From Vicinamibacteria bacterium (GTDB lineage: Bacteria; Acidobacteriota; Vicinamibacteria; Marinacidobacterales; Marinacidobacteraceae), in assembly GCA_963668695.2 (NCBI GenBank), contig CAXXLQ010000004.1, forward strand, positions 2,400,001 through 2,464,000: a DNA stretch of 64,000 nt. The letters run 5' to 3'. Below, piece by piece: positions 49,544 to 58,453 of this stretch. The notes below the pieces were generated by a model, which had not been told where the DNA came from, ran no database searches, and saw only the letters and a program-made list of their open reading frames with translations. Position 1 is the first letter of the stretch, and the number at the start of each line of letters is the position of its first letter. The position numbers and the translations under genes are program-made.

Positions 49544-50797
49544 TCAGGCCATGATGAGGGGTCGCAGGGCCTTCAGCCCGGCCAGCGCCCGCTCCACGTG
49601 CTCCGCCGTGTTGTAGAGGTGCGGCGAGAGGCGGAGGCCGCCCGAAGTCGAGCCCGCGATCCCGTGGTCGTCGTACATCCGGGAGAAGACTTCGGCGCGG
49701 GATTCGGCGGGCACCTCGATGATGACCACGCCCGCCGAGAGCTCGTCTGCCATCGGCGTGACGAGCGGGATCCCGGCTTCCCTGATGCCCTCCTTGAGGC
49801 GGCGGGCCAGGTCGATCATGCGTTTCTCGACCCGGTCCGGGCCGATCTCGCCGTGGAATTCCGCGGTGGTGCCCATCGCCGCGAGACAGGCGTCGTCGCG
49901 CTGCCCCATGGACTCGAATTTCCGGGCGCCGGTGGGATCGGGGTCCGCATCGCCGCCCCAGCCGGGGGCGACGATCGACGGCCACAGACGCGGAATGATC
50001 TCCGCGCGGATCGCGAGCACTCCGCACTCCTTCGGGCCGCAGAACCACTTGTGCGAGCTGCTCGAGAAGGTGTCGGCGCCGATCCCCGGGACGTCCACCG
50101 ACAGTCCGCCGAAGCTCTGGGCGCCATCGACGTGGACGTGGATTCCCCGTTCGTGGGCGGCATCGGCGATCAGGCGTGACGGCATCCGGATGCCCGACAC
50201 GTTGGACACGTGGGTGATCGCGACCACCTTGGTGTTGGCCCCGAACGCCTCGATGAACGGGGCGGCAAGGTCTTCCCCGCTTGCGGGGGCCTTCGGGACC
50301 GACACCCGGCGCACCGAGAACCCGTAGCGGGCGGCGCGCACGTCCCACGCCACGTTGTTCGTGGGGTGGTTCTGGTCCCAGAGGAGGACCTCGTCGCCCT
50401 CCCCGAGCGGGATCCCGGCATTCACGATGTTGTTCGCTTCGCTGGTGTTGCGTACGAGCGCCAACTCGTCGCCCGAGACTCCGAGTTGCGCTGCGACCTG
50501 CTCCCGGGCCATTTCCCGGAGATCCGCGAACTTCCCGCGGTTCTGGAACGAGCAGTCGTGGTCGATGTCCCGGGTCAGCTCGCTGACCCGGTCGCCGACC
50601 GATCTCGGCGACGGACACAGGTTCGCGGCGTTCATCGGCACCCGGTCCTCGTCGAAGGGGAACTCCCGACGCACCATGCGGAACAGCGTTTCGTCGTCGG
50701 CGGCAGCGGCCCGGACGACGGGCAGGAGGGCCGGCGTCGCGGCGGCGGTGCGCAGGAATGCGCGCCGGGTCAGGGCATTGGAGAGTGACGTCGTCAT
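49544..50797 (-). CDS. Class V PLP-dependent enzyme (isopenicillin N epimerase/CefD-like), Tat-exported
   Basis: TRRAFL, VRNTSEAN, VDGAQ, SSHKWFCGP and RLSPHLYN. Confidence 0.88.
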   Translation of the reverse strand: MTTSLSNALTRRAFLRTAAATPALLPVVRAAAADDETLFRMVRREFPFDEDRVPMNAANLCPSPRSVGDRVSELTRDIDHDCSFQNRGKFADLREMAREQVAAQLGVSGDELALVRNTSEANNIVNAGIPLGEGDEVLLWDQNHPTNNVAWDVRAARYGFSVRRVSVPKAPASGEDLAAPFIEAFGANTKVVAITHVSNVSGIRMPSRLIADAAHERGIHVHVDGAQSFGGLSVDVPGIGADTFSSSSHKWFCGPKECGVLAIRAEIIPRLWPSIVAPGWGGDADPDPTGARKFESMGQRDDACLAAMGTTAEFHGEIGPDRVEKRMIDLARRLKEGIREAGIPLVTPMADELSAGVVIIEVPAESRAEVFSRMYDDHGIAGSTSGGLRLSPHLYNTAEHVERALAGLKALRPLIMA

Positions 50798-50822
50798 GGC
50801 GGGCGCCTCCGGATTTCGGAGT

Positions 50823-52010
50823 CTACCGGGTTCCCGGAGCCGCCGCCGTTACCGCCCCTGCGGCCGCGCGGGCGCTGCCCCCGCTGATGATGCGGCGGAA
50901 GAGGATGGGGCAGGTGATCGAGGTGGCGGCCGCGATCATCACCGCGATGGCGCGGTCCTCCCGGTCGAGCAGGCCGAGTTCGAGTCCGACGGTGGCCACC
51001 GCGATGACGAGGCTCAGGCGGGCGGACAACAAGAACCCGGTCGCCGCCGCGGCGCGCAGCGAGAAACCCCAGATCATGAAGAGCAGCGCCGGCACGAACT
51101 TGACGAAGAAGGCCACCGCGATGATGACCCCGGCGCGCGCGAGCACCTCGGGATCGAGCAGCACGGCGACTTCGAAGCGGAGCCCGACGCCGATGAAGAA
51201 GATCGGGATCAGGAAGCCCCAGGAGATTCCGGAGAGTTGGCGGCGGAGTCCTTCGGGCGGATGGAACAGCAGCGCGAAGACTCCTCCCGCGAGGAAGGCC
51301 GCGAGAATCGGCTCCACGTCAAGAACGGTCGAGAGCCCGACGAAAATGAGGAGCAGCGCGAGCGCCCCGCGGATCCCCATCTCGTCGGGATCGTCTTCCC
51401 GGAAGAGTCTCGTTGCCGCGCGCGGGTGCCACCAGAGGAAGAGCTTCATCACGCGGAGCACCAGCACCACCGCGATGAGCAGGACGGGACCGTTGATGAG
51501 TTCGATGCCCCACCCGTCGCGCGCCCAGATGGTGATCTCCGCGACCAGCAGCAACGTGACGAGGTCCGCGATCACCGCGGAAACCAGGATGGACTGCCCC
51601 AGGCTTTCGGCGGTGATCCCCGCGCTTCGCAGGCTGGGGAGGACGAGGGCCGCCGAGGTGGTTGCGAGCAGCGGGGCGTAGAAGACCGGCAGGTCCAGCC
51701 AGACGGTCGCGAGGAACGAAAGCGCGAACGTGCCCGCGAAGACGATGAGCGCCTGACCGATCGGGCCCGCTCCCCCCCGTCTCAGCGCGGGGAAATCGAT
51801 CTCGAAGCCGGCGAGGAACATCAGCATCAGGAGCCCGAGTTCCCCGATCTGGTCCAGCAGCGCGGTCCCTTCGACCAGCCCGAATACGGGGCCGACCAGC
51901 ACCCCGAACAGGATCTCGACGACCACTGCGGGCACCCGCAGCCAGTTGGCCACCGGGGGCAGCAGGAAGGCGGCGATCCCGATGATCACCAGCGCGCCGG
52001 AACCGTCCAT
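50823..52010 (-). CDS. Cation:proton antiporter (CPA2 family)
   Basis: About 12 TM helices, LMFLAGFEID, ATTS, IAD and PIFFIGVG. Confidence 0.88.
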   Translation of the reverse strand: MDGSGALVIIGIAAFLLPPVANWLRVPAVVVEILFGVLVGPVFGLVEGTALLDQIGELGLLMLMFLAGFEIDFPALRRGGAGPIGQALIVFAGTFALSFLATVWLDLPVFYAPLLATTSAALVLPSLRSAGITAESLGQSILVSAVIADLVTLLLVAEITIWARDGWGIELINGPVLLIAVVLVLRVMKLFLWWHPRAATRLFREDDPDEMGIRGALALLLIFVGLSTVLDVEPILAAFLAGGVFALLFHPPEGLRRQLSGISWGFLIPIFFIGVGLRFEVAVLLDPEVLARAGVIIAVAFFVKFVPALLFMIWGFSLRAAAATGFLLSARLSLVIAVATVGLELGLLDREDRAIAVMIAAATSITCPILFRRIISGGSARAAAGAVTAAAPGTR

Positions 52011-53299
52011 CAGGGACTTGCTCCCAGCACGGCGGCCGCGGCAAGGGCGAGGGCGCCGGTGGCCCGCACGAGTTCCTCGACCGGGCAGTGCTCGTCCGGC
52101 CGGTGCGCCAACTCGAGGATCCCCGGCCCGTAGGCGACGCAGTCCGGGACTCCCGCGATCCGGGCCACGTGCTTGTGGTCATAGGTGCCGGGGCTCGCTA
52201 CCTCCTCGACCTCGACGCCCAGCGCGCCCCGCACCCCGTAGCGGACGGCCTCGATGGCGAGGGAGCCCGGTGGCGTCGTTACCGGTTCCACGGTGAGCAG
52301 TTCCTCGATCCGGTAACGCCGGCCGGGATCCCGGCCGGCGCAAGCCGCCACCCGGCGGGCTACCTCCTCGCGAACCTCGTCGAGTCCTTCTTCGGGAAGA
52401 AAGCGCCGGTCCACCACGACCTCGGCCCGGTCGGGAACCTGGGGGCTTTCGGTTCCGGCGCCCGCCTGACCTCCCCGGATGCTGTTCACGTTGACGGTCG
52501 CTGCCCGCGCGCCCTCGGGAACCACCGGAAGCGCGGTTCTCCGGGCAGCCAGCTCCGGAACCCATACGGTTCGGATGTCCTCGAGGAGCGGTGCGAGGTG
52601 GGTGATGGCGTTGTGGCCCAGGAACGGCATGCTCCCGTGTGCGACCTCGCCCTCGGAAATGACCCGAAACCAGTACACCCCGCGGTGCCCCACACACACC
52701 CGGCGGGACCCGAAAGGTTCGGGGATGATCACTGCGTCCGTGTCGGGAGCGATGCGGCCGGACTCGGCCAGCCAGGCGACTCCGGCGTGTCCCCCGGTCT
52801 CCTCGTCCACCGTGCCAGAGACCTCGAGGGTGCCGTGGAGCCGGGCGCCCGCCCGCCGGAGCACCTCCGCCGCGAAGAACGCGGCCGCGATGCCCCCCTT
52901 CATGTCGCTCGCCCCGCGTCCCCAAACCGCCCCGTTTCGCACCTCCCCGGAAAAAGGATCCGTGGTCCAGCCGCTTCCGGCGGGGACCACGTCGAGGTGA
53001 CCGTTCAGATGCAGGCGCCGGCCGCCGCTCCCCAGCCGGCCCATGACGTTTTGCCGGGGGTAGCGCTCCGAACCCGGGGGACACGACTCCCGGGGGGGAT
53101 CGTCGAACTCCACCTCGAAACCGGCGCCTGCCAGCCGCTCGCCGAGAAGTGCGGCGCACTCCGGATAGTTCTCCCCGGGAGGGTTCACGGTGGGGACCCG
53201 GATCAACTCGCCGCAGAAGGCGGCGATCTCGTCGCGGGCCGCTTCCGCCTGGCGCAGGATCCTGGCTTCGAGGCCGGAGGCAACCGGGTGGAGCGGCAT
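52010..53299 (-). CDS. ArgE/DapE family M20 deacylase
   Basis: LNGHLDVVP, GRGASDMKGG, DEETGG, AHGSMP and AHRPDE. Confidence 0.92.
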   Translation of the reverse strand: MPLHPVASGLEARILRQAEAARDEIAAFCGELIRVPTVNPPGENYPECAALLGERLAGAGFEVEFDDPPRESCPPGSERYPRQNVMGRLGSGGRRLHLNGHLDVVPAGSGWTTDPFSGEVRNGAVWGRGASDMKGGIAAAFFAAEVLRRAGARLHGTLEVSGTVDEETGGHAGVAWLAESGRIAPDTDAVIIPEPFGSRRVCVGHRGVYWFRVISEGEVAHGSMPFLGHNAITHLAPLLEDIRTVWVPELAARRTALPVVPEGARAATVNVNSIRGGQAGAGTESPQVPDRAEVVVDRRFLPEEGLDEVREEVARRVAACAGRDPGRRYRIEELLTVEPVTTPPGSLAIEAVRYGVRGALGVEVEEVASPGTYDHKHVARIAGVPDCVAYGPGILELAHRPDEHCPVEELVRATGALALAAAAVLGASP

Positions 53300-53346
53300 C
53301 GAAACCGAGGATACCGCCCTGCTGCGCCGCTGGCGGAAGCTTGGGG

Positions 53347-53382
53347 TTGACTTGCCGTAGTTATTTCGATACTATTGGAACT
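53347..53382 (+). promoter_or_regulatory. Sigma70 promoter with overlapping ArsR-type operator, probably leaderless
   Basis: TTGACT-N17-TACTAT, 7 nt before the ATG. Imperfect inverted repeat TTCGATACTATTGGAA. Confidence 0.72.
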
Positions 53383-53736
53383 ATGGAAAGGACAGCCGCC
53401 TACTCCACCACCAACGCTCTGGAGACGCTCTGCGCACTTTCCCAGGAGAGCCGTCTCGACATCTTCCGGTTGCTGGTCAGCAACGGTCCGGAGGGACTTC
53501 CCGCCGGCGCCATCGCCAGGCAGTGCAACCTGCCGGCGCCAACCTGCTCGTTCCATCTCAAGGAACTCAAGAAGGGTGGGCTCCTCAATTGCTGCCGCCA
53601 CGGGAGGTTCCAGATCTACACCGTGAACTTCCGGGCGATCCGGGCGCTGCTCGGCTATCTGACGGAGCACTGCTGTGCCGATCACGCCTGCGACCATGAG
53701 GGTTCGAACGGCGCCGCAAATGGGGAACTTCGATGA
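53383..53736 (+). CDS. arsR: ArsR/SmtB metalloregulator (C-terminal CC type), copy 1
   Basis: ALSQESRLDIFRLLV..GPEGL.AG, SFHLKEL and YLTEHCC...C. Confidence 0.88.
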   Translation: MERTAAYSTTNALETLCALSQESRLDIFRLLVSNGPEGLPAGAIARQCNLPAPTCSFHLKELKKGGLLNCCRHGRFQIYTVNFRAIRALLGYLTEHCCADHACDHEGSNGAANGELR

Positions 53737-54039
53737 GACCGGGATCCGGGGGCGGATCGCCCCCCCCGGAGGTGATGCGGATAGACCGGGCATCGGAAGT
53801 CGCCAGCGAGGCCGCCTGTTATCCCGTCTGGCGGCTGCGGGCGCCAAAGGGGCAACGAGGGGACGAACCGCCGGGAAGATGAGACCCCGTGGAACTACCT
53901 GGCGCGAATCCTGATCTGGCGGTCGCATCGCGTCTGGCGGTCCCATCGCATTCGGCGGTCTGTGGACAAAGTGGCATGAGCGCGGAGACCCCCACCGGGA
54001 GAACCCGGTGACTCGCGCGGCTCCGGTTACGGATGGGGG

Positions 54040-54074
54040 TTGACTTTCTGTTTTAGTTCGATATTATTGGAAAT
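54040..54074 (+). promoter_or_regulatory. Sigma70 promoter/ArsR operator, copy 2
   Basis: TTGACT-N16-TATTAT and TTCGATATTATTGGAA, homologous to 53347-53382. Confidence 0.68.
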
Positions 54075-54425
54075 ATGGAAACGCCGCCCGCCTATTCCAC
54101 CGATAACGCCTTGGAGATGCTCTGCGCACTCTCCCAGGAAAGCCGTCTCGATATCTTCCGGTTGCTGGTCAGCAGCGGTCCGGAGGGACTTTCCGCGGGC
54201 GCCATCGCCAGACATTGCAACCTCCCGGCGCCAACCTGCTCGTTCCACCTCAAGGAACTCAAGAAGGGTGGGCTGCTCAGTTGCTGCCGCCACGGGAGGT
54301 CCCAGATCTACACGGCGAACTTCCGGGCGATCCGGGGGCTGCTCGGATACCTGACGGAACACTGCTGTGCCGAGGACGACTGCGAGCACGAGAGTTCGAA
54401 CGGCGCCGCAAACGGGAAACCTTGA
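54075..54425 (+). CDS. arsR: ArsR/SmtB metalloregulator, copy 2
   Basis: Close paralogue of 53383-53736. Confidence 0.88.
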   Translation: METPPAYSTDNALEMLCALSQESRLDIFRLLVSSGPEGLSAGAIARHCNLPAPTCSFHLKELKKGGLLSCCRHGRSQIYTANFRAIRGLLGYLTEHCCAEDDCEHESSNGAANGKP

Positions 54426-54530
54426 TCAGGACAGGGAACCGGGGGCGGATCGGCCGCCCCCGGAGGTGATGCGGCTGGACCGGCTATCTGAGGTCGGCTG
54501 CCCGGTGCTTCCGGCACAGAAATAGGGGGC

Positions 54531-54784
54531 CACAGGCTGTTAACAGCCGGTGGTGGAACCCGGGTGAGCGCCGAGAGCGGCCAGTCCTCCCGGTGGGGCG
54601 AGGCGCCCGGCTGACAAGGCGCGTGAGGGAGGAGCCCCCACCGGGAGAACTGGCCCGAGTGTATTCCGACCGAAACGCAACGATGAGCGGCGCGCAGCGA
54701 CGCGGTCAACAGCCGGTGGTGGAACCCGCGTGAGCGCCGAGGTTGGCCAGTTCTCCCGGTGGGGGCGAGGCCCAGTTCTCCCGA
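54531..54784. repeat. MITE family 1 cluster truncated by IS21
   Basis: CACAGGCTG-TTAA-CAGCCGGTGG junction. 18-mers at 54581, 54636 and 54747, and a truncated copy at 54772-54783. Confidence 0.8.
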
Positions 54785-54925
54785 TGTCAGGCGACACCCA
54801 AAACTGGGCCACCTGGCGACATCTAGAACTGGGCCACCCCCAGTGGTCCGGAAGGGGGCCGAGAGATGAGTGGAGGGGCGTGTACTTCCGTTCCGACGCC
54901 GGAGCAGGGCGTCGGGAGGGAAGAG

Positions 54926-56164
54926 ATGTGGACTCCGGAGGACGTTTTGGAGATGCGGCGGCTCCACCGGCTGGGACTGGGGACGCGTCAGATCGCGGCC
55001 CGGCTGGGCTGCTCCCGGACGACAGTTCAGGCATGGCTGCAACGGGGGCGGTGGCGGAAGCCGGCGAGGCGTCCGAGACGTCGAGCGCTCGCGAGCTGGG
55101 AGGAGTGGCTTCGTGACCGGCTGGTGCAGCATGCGGGGAACGCGGACGTGGTTCGCCAGGAACTGGGGGTTTTGGGGGTGCGGGTGAGCCTGCGAACAGT
55201 GGAGCGGGCGGTGGAGCCGTTTCGTCGGGAGTTACGGGCGGCGGTAGTGGCGACGACCCGATTTGAGACGCCGCCGGGCTATCAACTGCAGATTGATTTC
55301 GGCCAGCGGCAGGTATGGATCGGTGGGGAGAAGAGGAAGGTGTCGCTGTTCGTGGCGACCCTGGGGTGTTCGCGTCGGATGCACGTGAGGGTGTTCGTGG
55401 GAGAACGACAGGCGCACTGGTTCGCGGGCCTGGAGAGCACCTTCGAGGAGATCGGGGGTGTCCCGGAGACGGTGTTGCTGGACAACGCCAAGGCGCTGGT
55501 GAAGCACCACAACGCAGCGACGCGGGAAGTGGTGTTCCACCATCGTTTCCTGGCCTTCGCGAAGCACTGGGGGTTCCGGCCGCAAGCCTGCGCTCCGTAT
55601 CGGGCGCGGACGAAGGGGAAGGATGAATCGGGGGTGGGTTATGTGAAGAAGAACGGGATCGCGGGACGGCGGTTCGAGAGCCTGGCGGAACTCGAGGCGC
55701 ATCTGGCCCGGTGGACCCGTGAGGTGGCGGACCGGCGGATCCACGGGACGACCGGGCGGGTTCCGATCGAGCACTTCGCGGAGGAAGAGGCGCAGCGGCT
55801 CCAGCCACTCCCCGCCTACGGACGGTTCGAGCGGGTCCGGGAGCTGACGCGGCGGGTCGCGACGGACTGTTCGGTGGTCGTGGACACCAACGCGTATTCG
55901 GTTCCGTGGCTGTTGATCGGGGAACGGGTTCGGGTTCGGGTGAGCGACACTCAGATGCGCATCCACCACGGCACCGCGGAGGTTGCGGTGCATCCACGGA
56001 ACCGGGGACGCCGGCAGAGGATCACGGACCCGGCGCACTTCGCCGGGGTGGCGGGGGCCGGGGGTCAGGCGGTTCGGAGAACACGGGAACCTGAAGGATC
56101 GCGTTCGGAGAGTCTCCTGCGTCCTCTGGAGGCGTATGCGGAGATCGTGGGAGGCGGATGGTGA
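54926..56164 (+). CDS. istA: IS21 transposase IstA
   Basis: HTH, RFETPPGYQLQIDFG, LLDNAK, RARTKGKDE, HGTT and YSVP. Confidence 0.95.
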   Translation: MWTPEDVLEMRRLHRLGLGTRQIAARLGCSRTTVQAWLQRGRWRKPARRPRRRALASWEEWLRDRLVQHAGNADVVRQELGVLGVRVSLRTVERAVEPFRRELRAAVVATTRFETPPGYQLQIDFGQRQVWIGGEKRKVSLFVATLGCSRRMHVRVFVGERQAHWFAGLESTFEEIGGVPETVLLDNAKALVKHHNAATREVVFHHRFLAFAKHWGFRPQACAPYRARTKGKDESGVGYVKKNGIAGRRFESLAELEAHLARWTREVADRRIHGTTGRVPIEHFAEEEAQRLQPLPAYGRFERVRELTRRVATDCSVVVDTNAYSVPWLLIGERVRVRVSDTQMRIHHGTAEVAVHPRNRGRRQRITDPAHFAGVAGAGGQAVRRTREPEGSRSESLLRPLEAYAEIVGGGW

Positions 56165-56821
56165 GGGGCGACGAAGTGATGGATCCGCTGCCGCAGATGC
56201 TGACGCGCCTGCGTCTCAACGCGATCCGGGATCAGTTGGACACCCTCCTGGACGAGGCGGCGCGCCGCGAGTTGAACCTGCGCGATGCCCTGCGCTTCCT
56301 GTGTGAACGGGAGATCGCGCGCAAGGACGAACGACGGATCACCATGGGAATGAAGCTGGCGAAGTTCCCGGCGATCCGTGACCTGAGCGGTTTCGACTTT
56401 GGGGCGCAGCCGTCGGTAAATGAGGAGCAGATGCGCGACCTGGCGACGGGGCGATTCATCGCACACGGCGAATCGGTGCTCCTGCTCGGTCCCCCGGGAG
56501 TGGGGAAGACCCACTTGGCGGTGGCGATCGGCCGGGGAGCGATCCTGTCGGGTTACACGGTGCTGTTCACCACCGCGGCGGCGCTGGTGGCGAGCTTGGC
56601 GAAGGCCCATCTGACCGGCCGTCTGGAGGAGCAGTTCCTCAACTACACGAAGCCGAAGCTCCTGATCGTGGACGAACTCGGATATCTGCCGCTCGAAGTC
56701 GACGCCGCGCATCTGTTCTTCCAGCTCGTCAGCCGACGCTACGAGCGCGGCGGCTTCCTGGTGACCTCGAACCGGCCGGTGGGAGAGTGGGGGCGGGTCT
56801 TTGGTGACGACGTGGTGGCCA
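56158..56821 (+). pseudogene. istB: IstB helper ATPase, 5' part (interrupted)
   Basis: GPPGVGKTHLA, LIVDELGY and TSN..W..VFGDDVVA, then an abrupt switch to unrelated sequence. Confidence 0.9.
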
Positions 56822-57029
56822 TGGAGACCCTGAATCGCTGATTTGGCGGGCCCAAATGAACTCCGGACGCGGGACTGGATCGGGTCGCGGCGATTCGCTT
56901 GGCGGCGCCGGTGTGTCCCGGCTCCTCCGGTGCTTCCGGCGAAAGCCCCGCCACGACAGTTGCCGCCGAGCGTCGGGGAGAACCCCCGGTGGGCAAAGGG
57001 GTCGCGGCCGCGCGGCGCCCCGCCGCCCG

Positions 57030-58451
57030 CTACTCGTCCGTCAGGAGCAGTTTGACATCGCTCGGGATCACCCAGGGACAGCTAACGGAATTATTGGAAC
57101 TAAAACGGATCCGGTGCCGGGTCTCTCCCTGGATTTCCTCGGTTGGCAGTACGGTCATGTGAAAGACGAGTGTCCCGGACCCGGAGGAACCCACCGGGAT
57201 CACCCGTTCTCGGGGATCGAACCGCACCTCGCGAGTTTTTCGGAAATCAATCACAGGGCGCGAGCCGGGATCGTCCGAGACCACCGAAGGGGCGAACCGC
57301 AATTGGTATTCAAGAGGCGAATATATCTCGTAGTCCACGAGTAGTTGGTGAGTGGTTCCTTCCGCTGCCGACCCGAGCGAGGCTGGGTTCCCGCGGACTC
57401 GAAACATCCCCAAGATCGGCCCCGGCCGGAACGGGGGCACCGCCGCTTCGTCCTCGTACGTCCTGCACGAGACATCCGTGCAAGCCAGGACGGGTCCCGC
57501 CTGTCCCGGACAGGTGCGAAAGATGAGGGGCGGGATTGGCCAGCGGCCATGTGGCACGAACTCGTAAGGAGCCCAGTAGAGCGTAAAGTCATGCCGCACC
57601 CCGGCGGCGCCGGCGCTCCGGATCCGCCAGTCCTTGATCGCGTAGGGGATCAGAAAGTCGGCAACCATGCCGTCGTCTGCCCGGTCGACCTGCAACGAGA
57701 TGTCGACCTCATAGGCCTCCGGACAGGTGTTTCTGCCGGCCTCGACGTTGCTGGAACCCGAGAACAGCGGCCTTGGGGGGGCGGCGGTCACGGTCACGCC
57801 CTCGCACTGCGCCACCGCGTCGACGGCGACCTCCAGCCTGACTCCTCCTCCCGTCCCCGAGAGTCCCGGGCCGAGCCCCGGGAACGGCCGGTGCAACAGA
57901 TCGAATCGCGTCGTCCTGGCGGGACACACTTCCCGGGAGCCGGTTGAGGCCACGCCGACCCCCAAGGGCTCCAGCGTCCAAAACTGATTTTCCCACCCCG
58001 GCCATACGCGGGGAATACTCGATTCCCAGCGCAGGGTCGCGCATTCGGTGATTTCGATCTTCTCCGGCTCCACGGTCAGCGTCGCGGTGTGGAAGGCCGC
58101 TACCGGAAGTTGAACCGATGGAGGCGGCTGCGGCGTCCCTCCCGGGCCTTCCACCACCAGCGTGTAAGTGGTGATCTCGTCAACGCAGACGCGGGTGGAT
58201 CCGCTCGGCTCGACAGTCCCGATGTCGGGCTCGATCCTGACGGACGTCGCGTTGGTCGTCGACCAGAACAGTTCGGAACACTCCCACCTGGCGCGTTGGA
58301 AGTCGAGTCTGGCGGTCAGGGTCGCCTCCAGTCGAGTGGACCCGACGGTTGGAACACCCGGGCCGGTTTCGGAGTCGCAGCCAGCCCAGCCCGCCAGCAG
58401 ACACCCGGCCATCAACCCCCACCGGACGGCGCTTCGAGATTCGTGATGCAT
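57030..58451 (-). CDS. Cys-rich beta-sandwich lipoprotein, copy A
   Basis: Lipobox WAGC. Two LxW...A..V.I.P..G.V..SGS..VC....T.Y/F.L Ig-like repeats. Confidence 0.75.
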   Translation of the reverse strand: MHHESRSAVRWGLMAGCLLAGWAGCDSETGPGVPTVGSTRLEATLTARLDFQRARWECSELFWSTTNATSVRIEPDIGTVEPSGSTRVCVDEITTYTLVVEGPGGTPQPPPSVQLPVAAFHTATLTVEPEKIEITECATLRWESSIPRVWPGWENQFWTLEPLGVGVASTGSREVCPARTTRFDLLHRPFPGLGPGLSGTGGGVRLEVAVDAVAQCEGVTVTAAPPRPLFSGSSNVEAGRNTCPEAYEVDISLQVDRADDGMVADFLIPYAIKDWRIRSAGAAGVRHDFTLYWAPYEFVPHGRWPIPPLIFRTCPGQAGPVLACTDVSCRTYEDEAAVPPFRPGPILGMFRVRGNPASLGSAAEGTTHQLLVDYEIYSPLEYQLRFAPSVVSDDPGSRPVIDFRKTREVRFDPRERVIPVGSSGSGTLVFHMTVLPTEEIQGETRHRIRFSSNNSVSCPWVIPSDVKLLLTDE

Positions 58452-58453
58452 GG

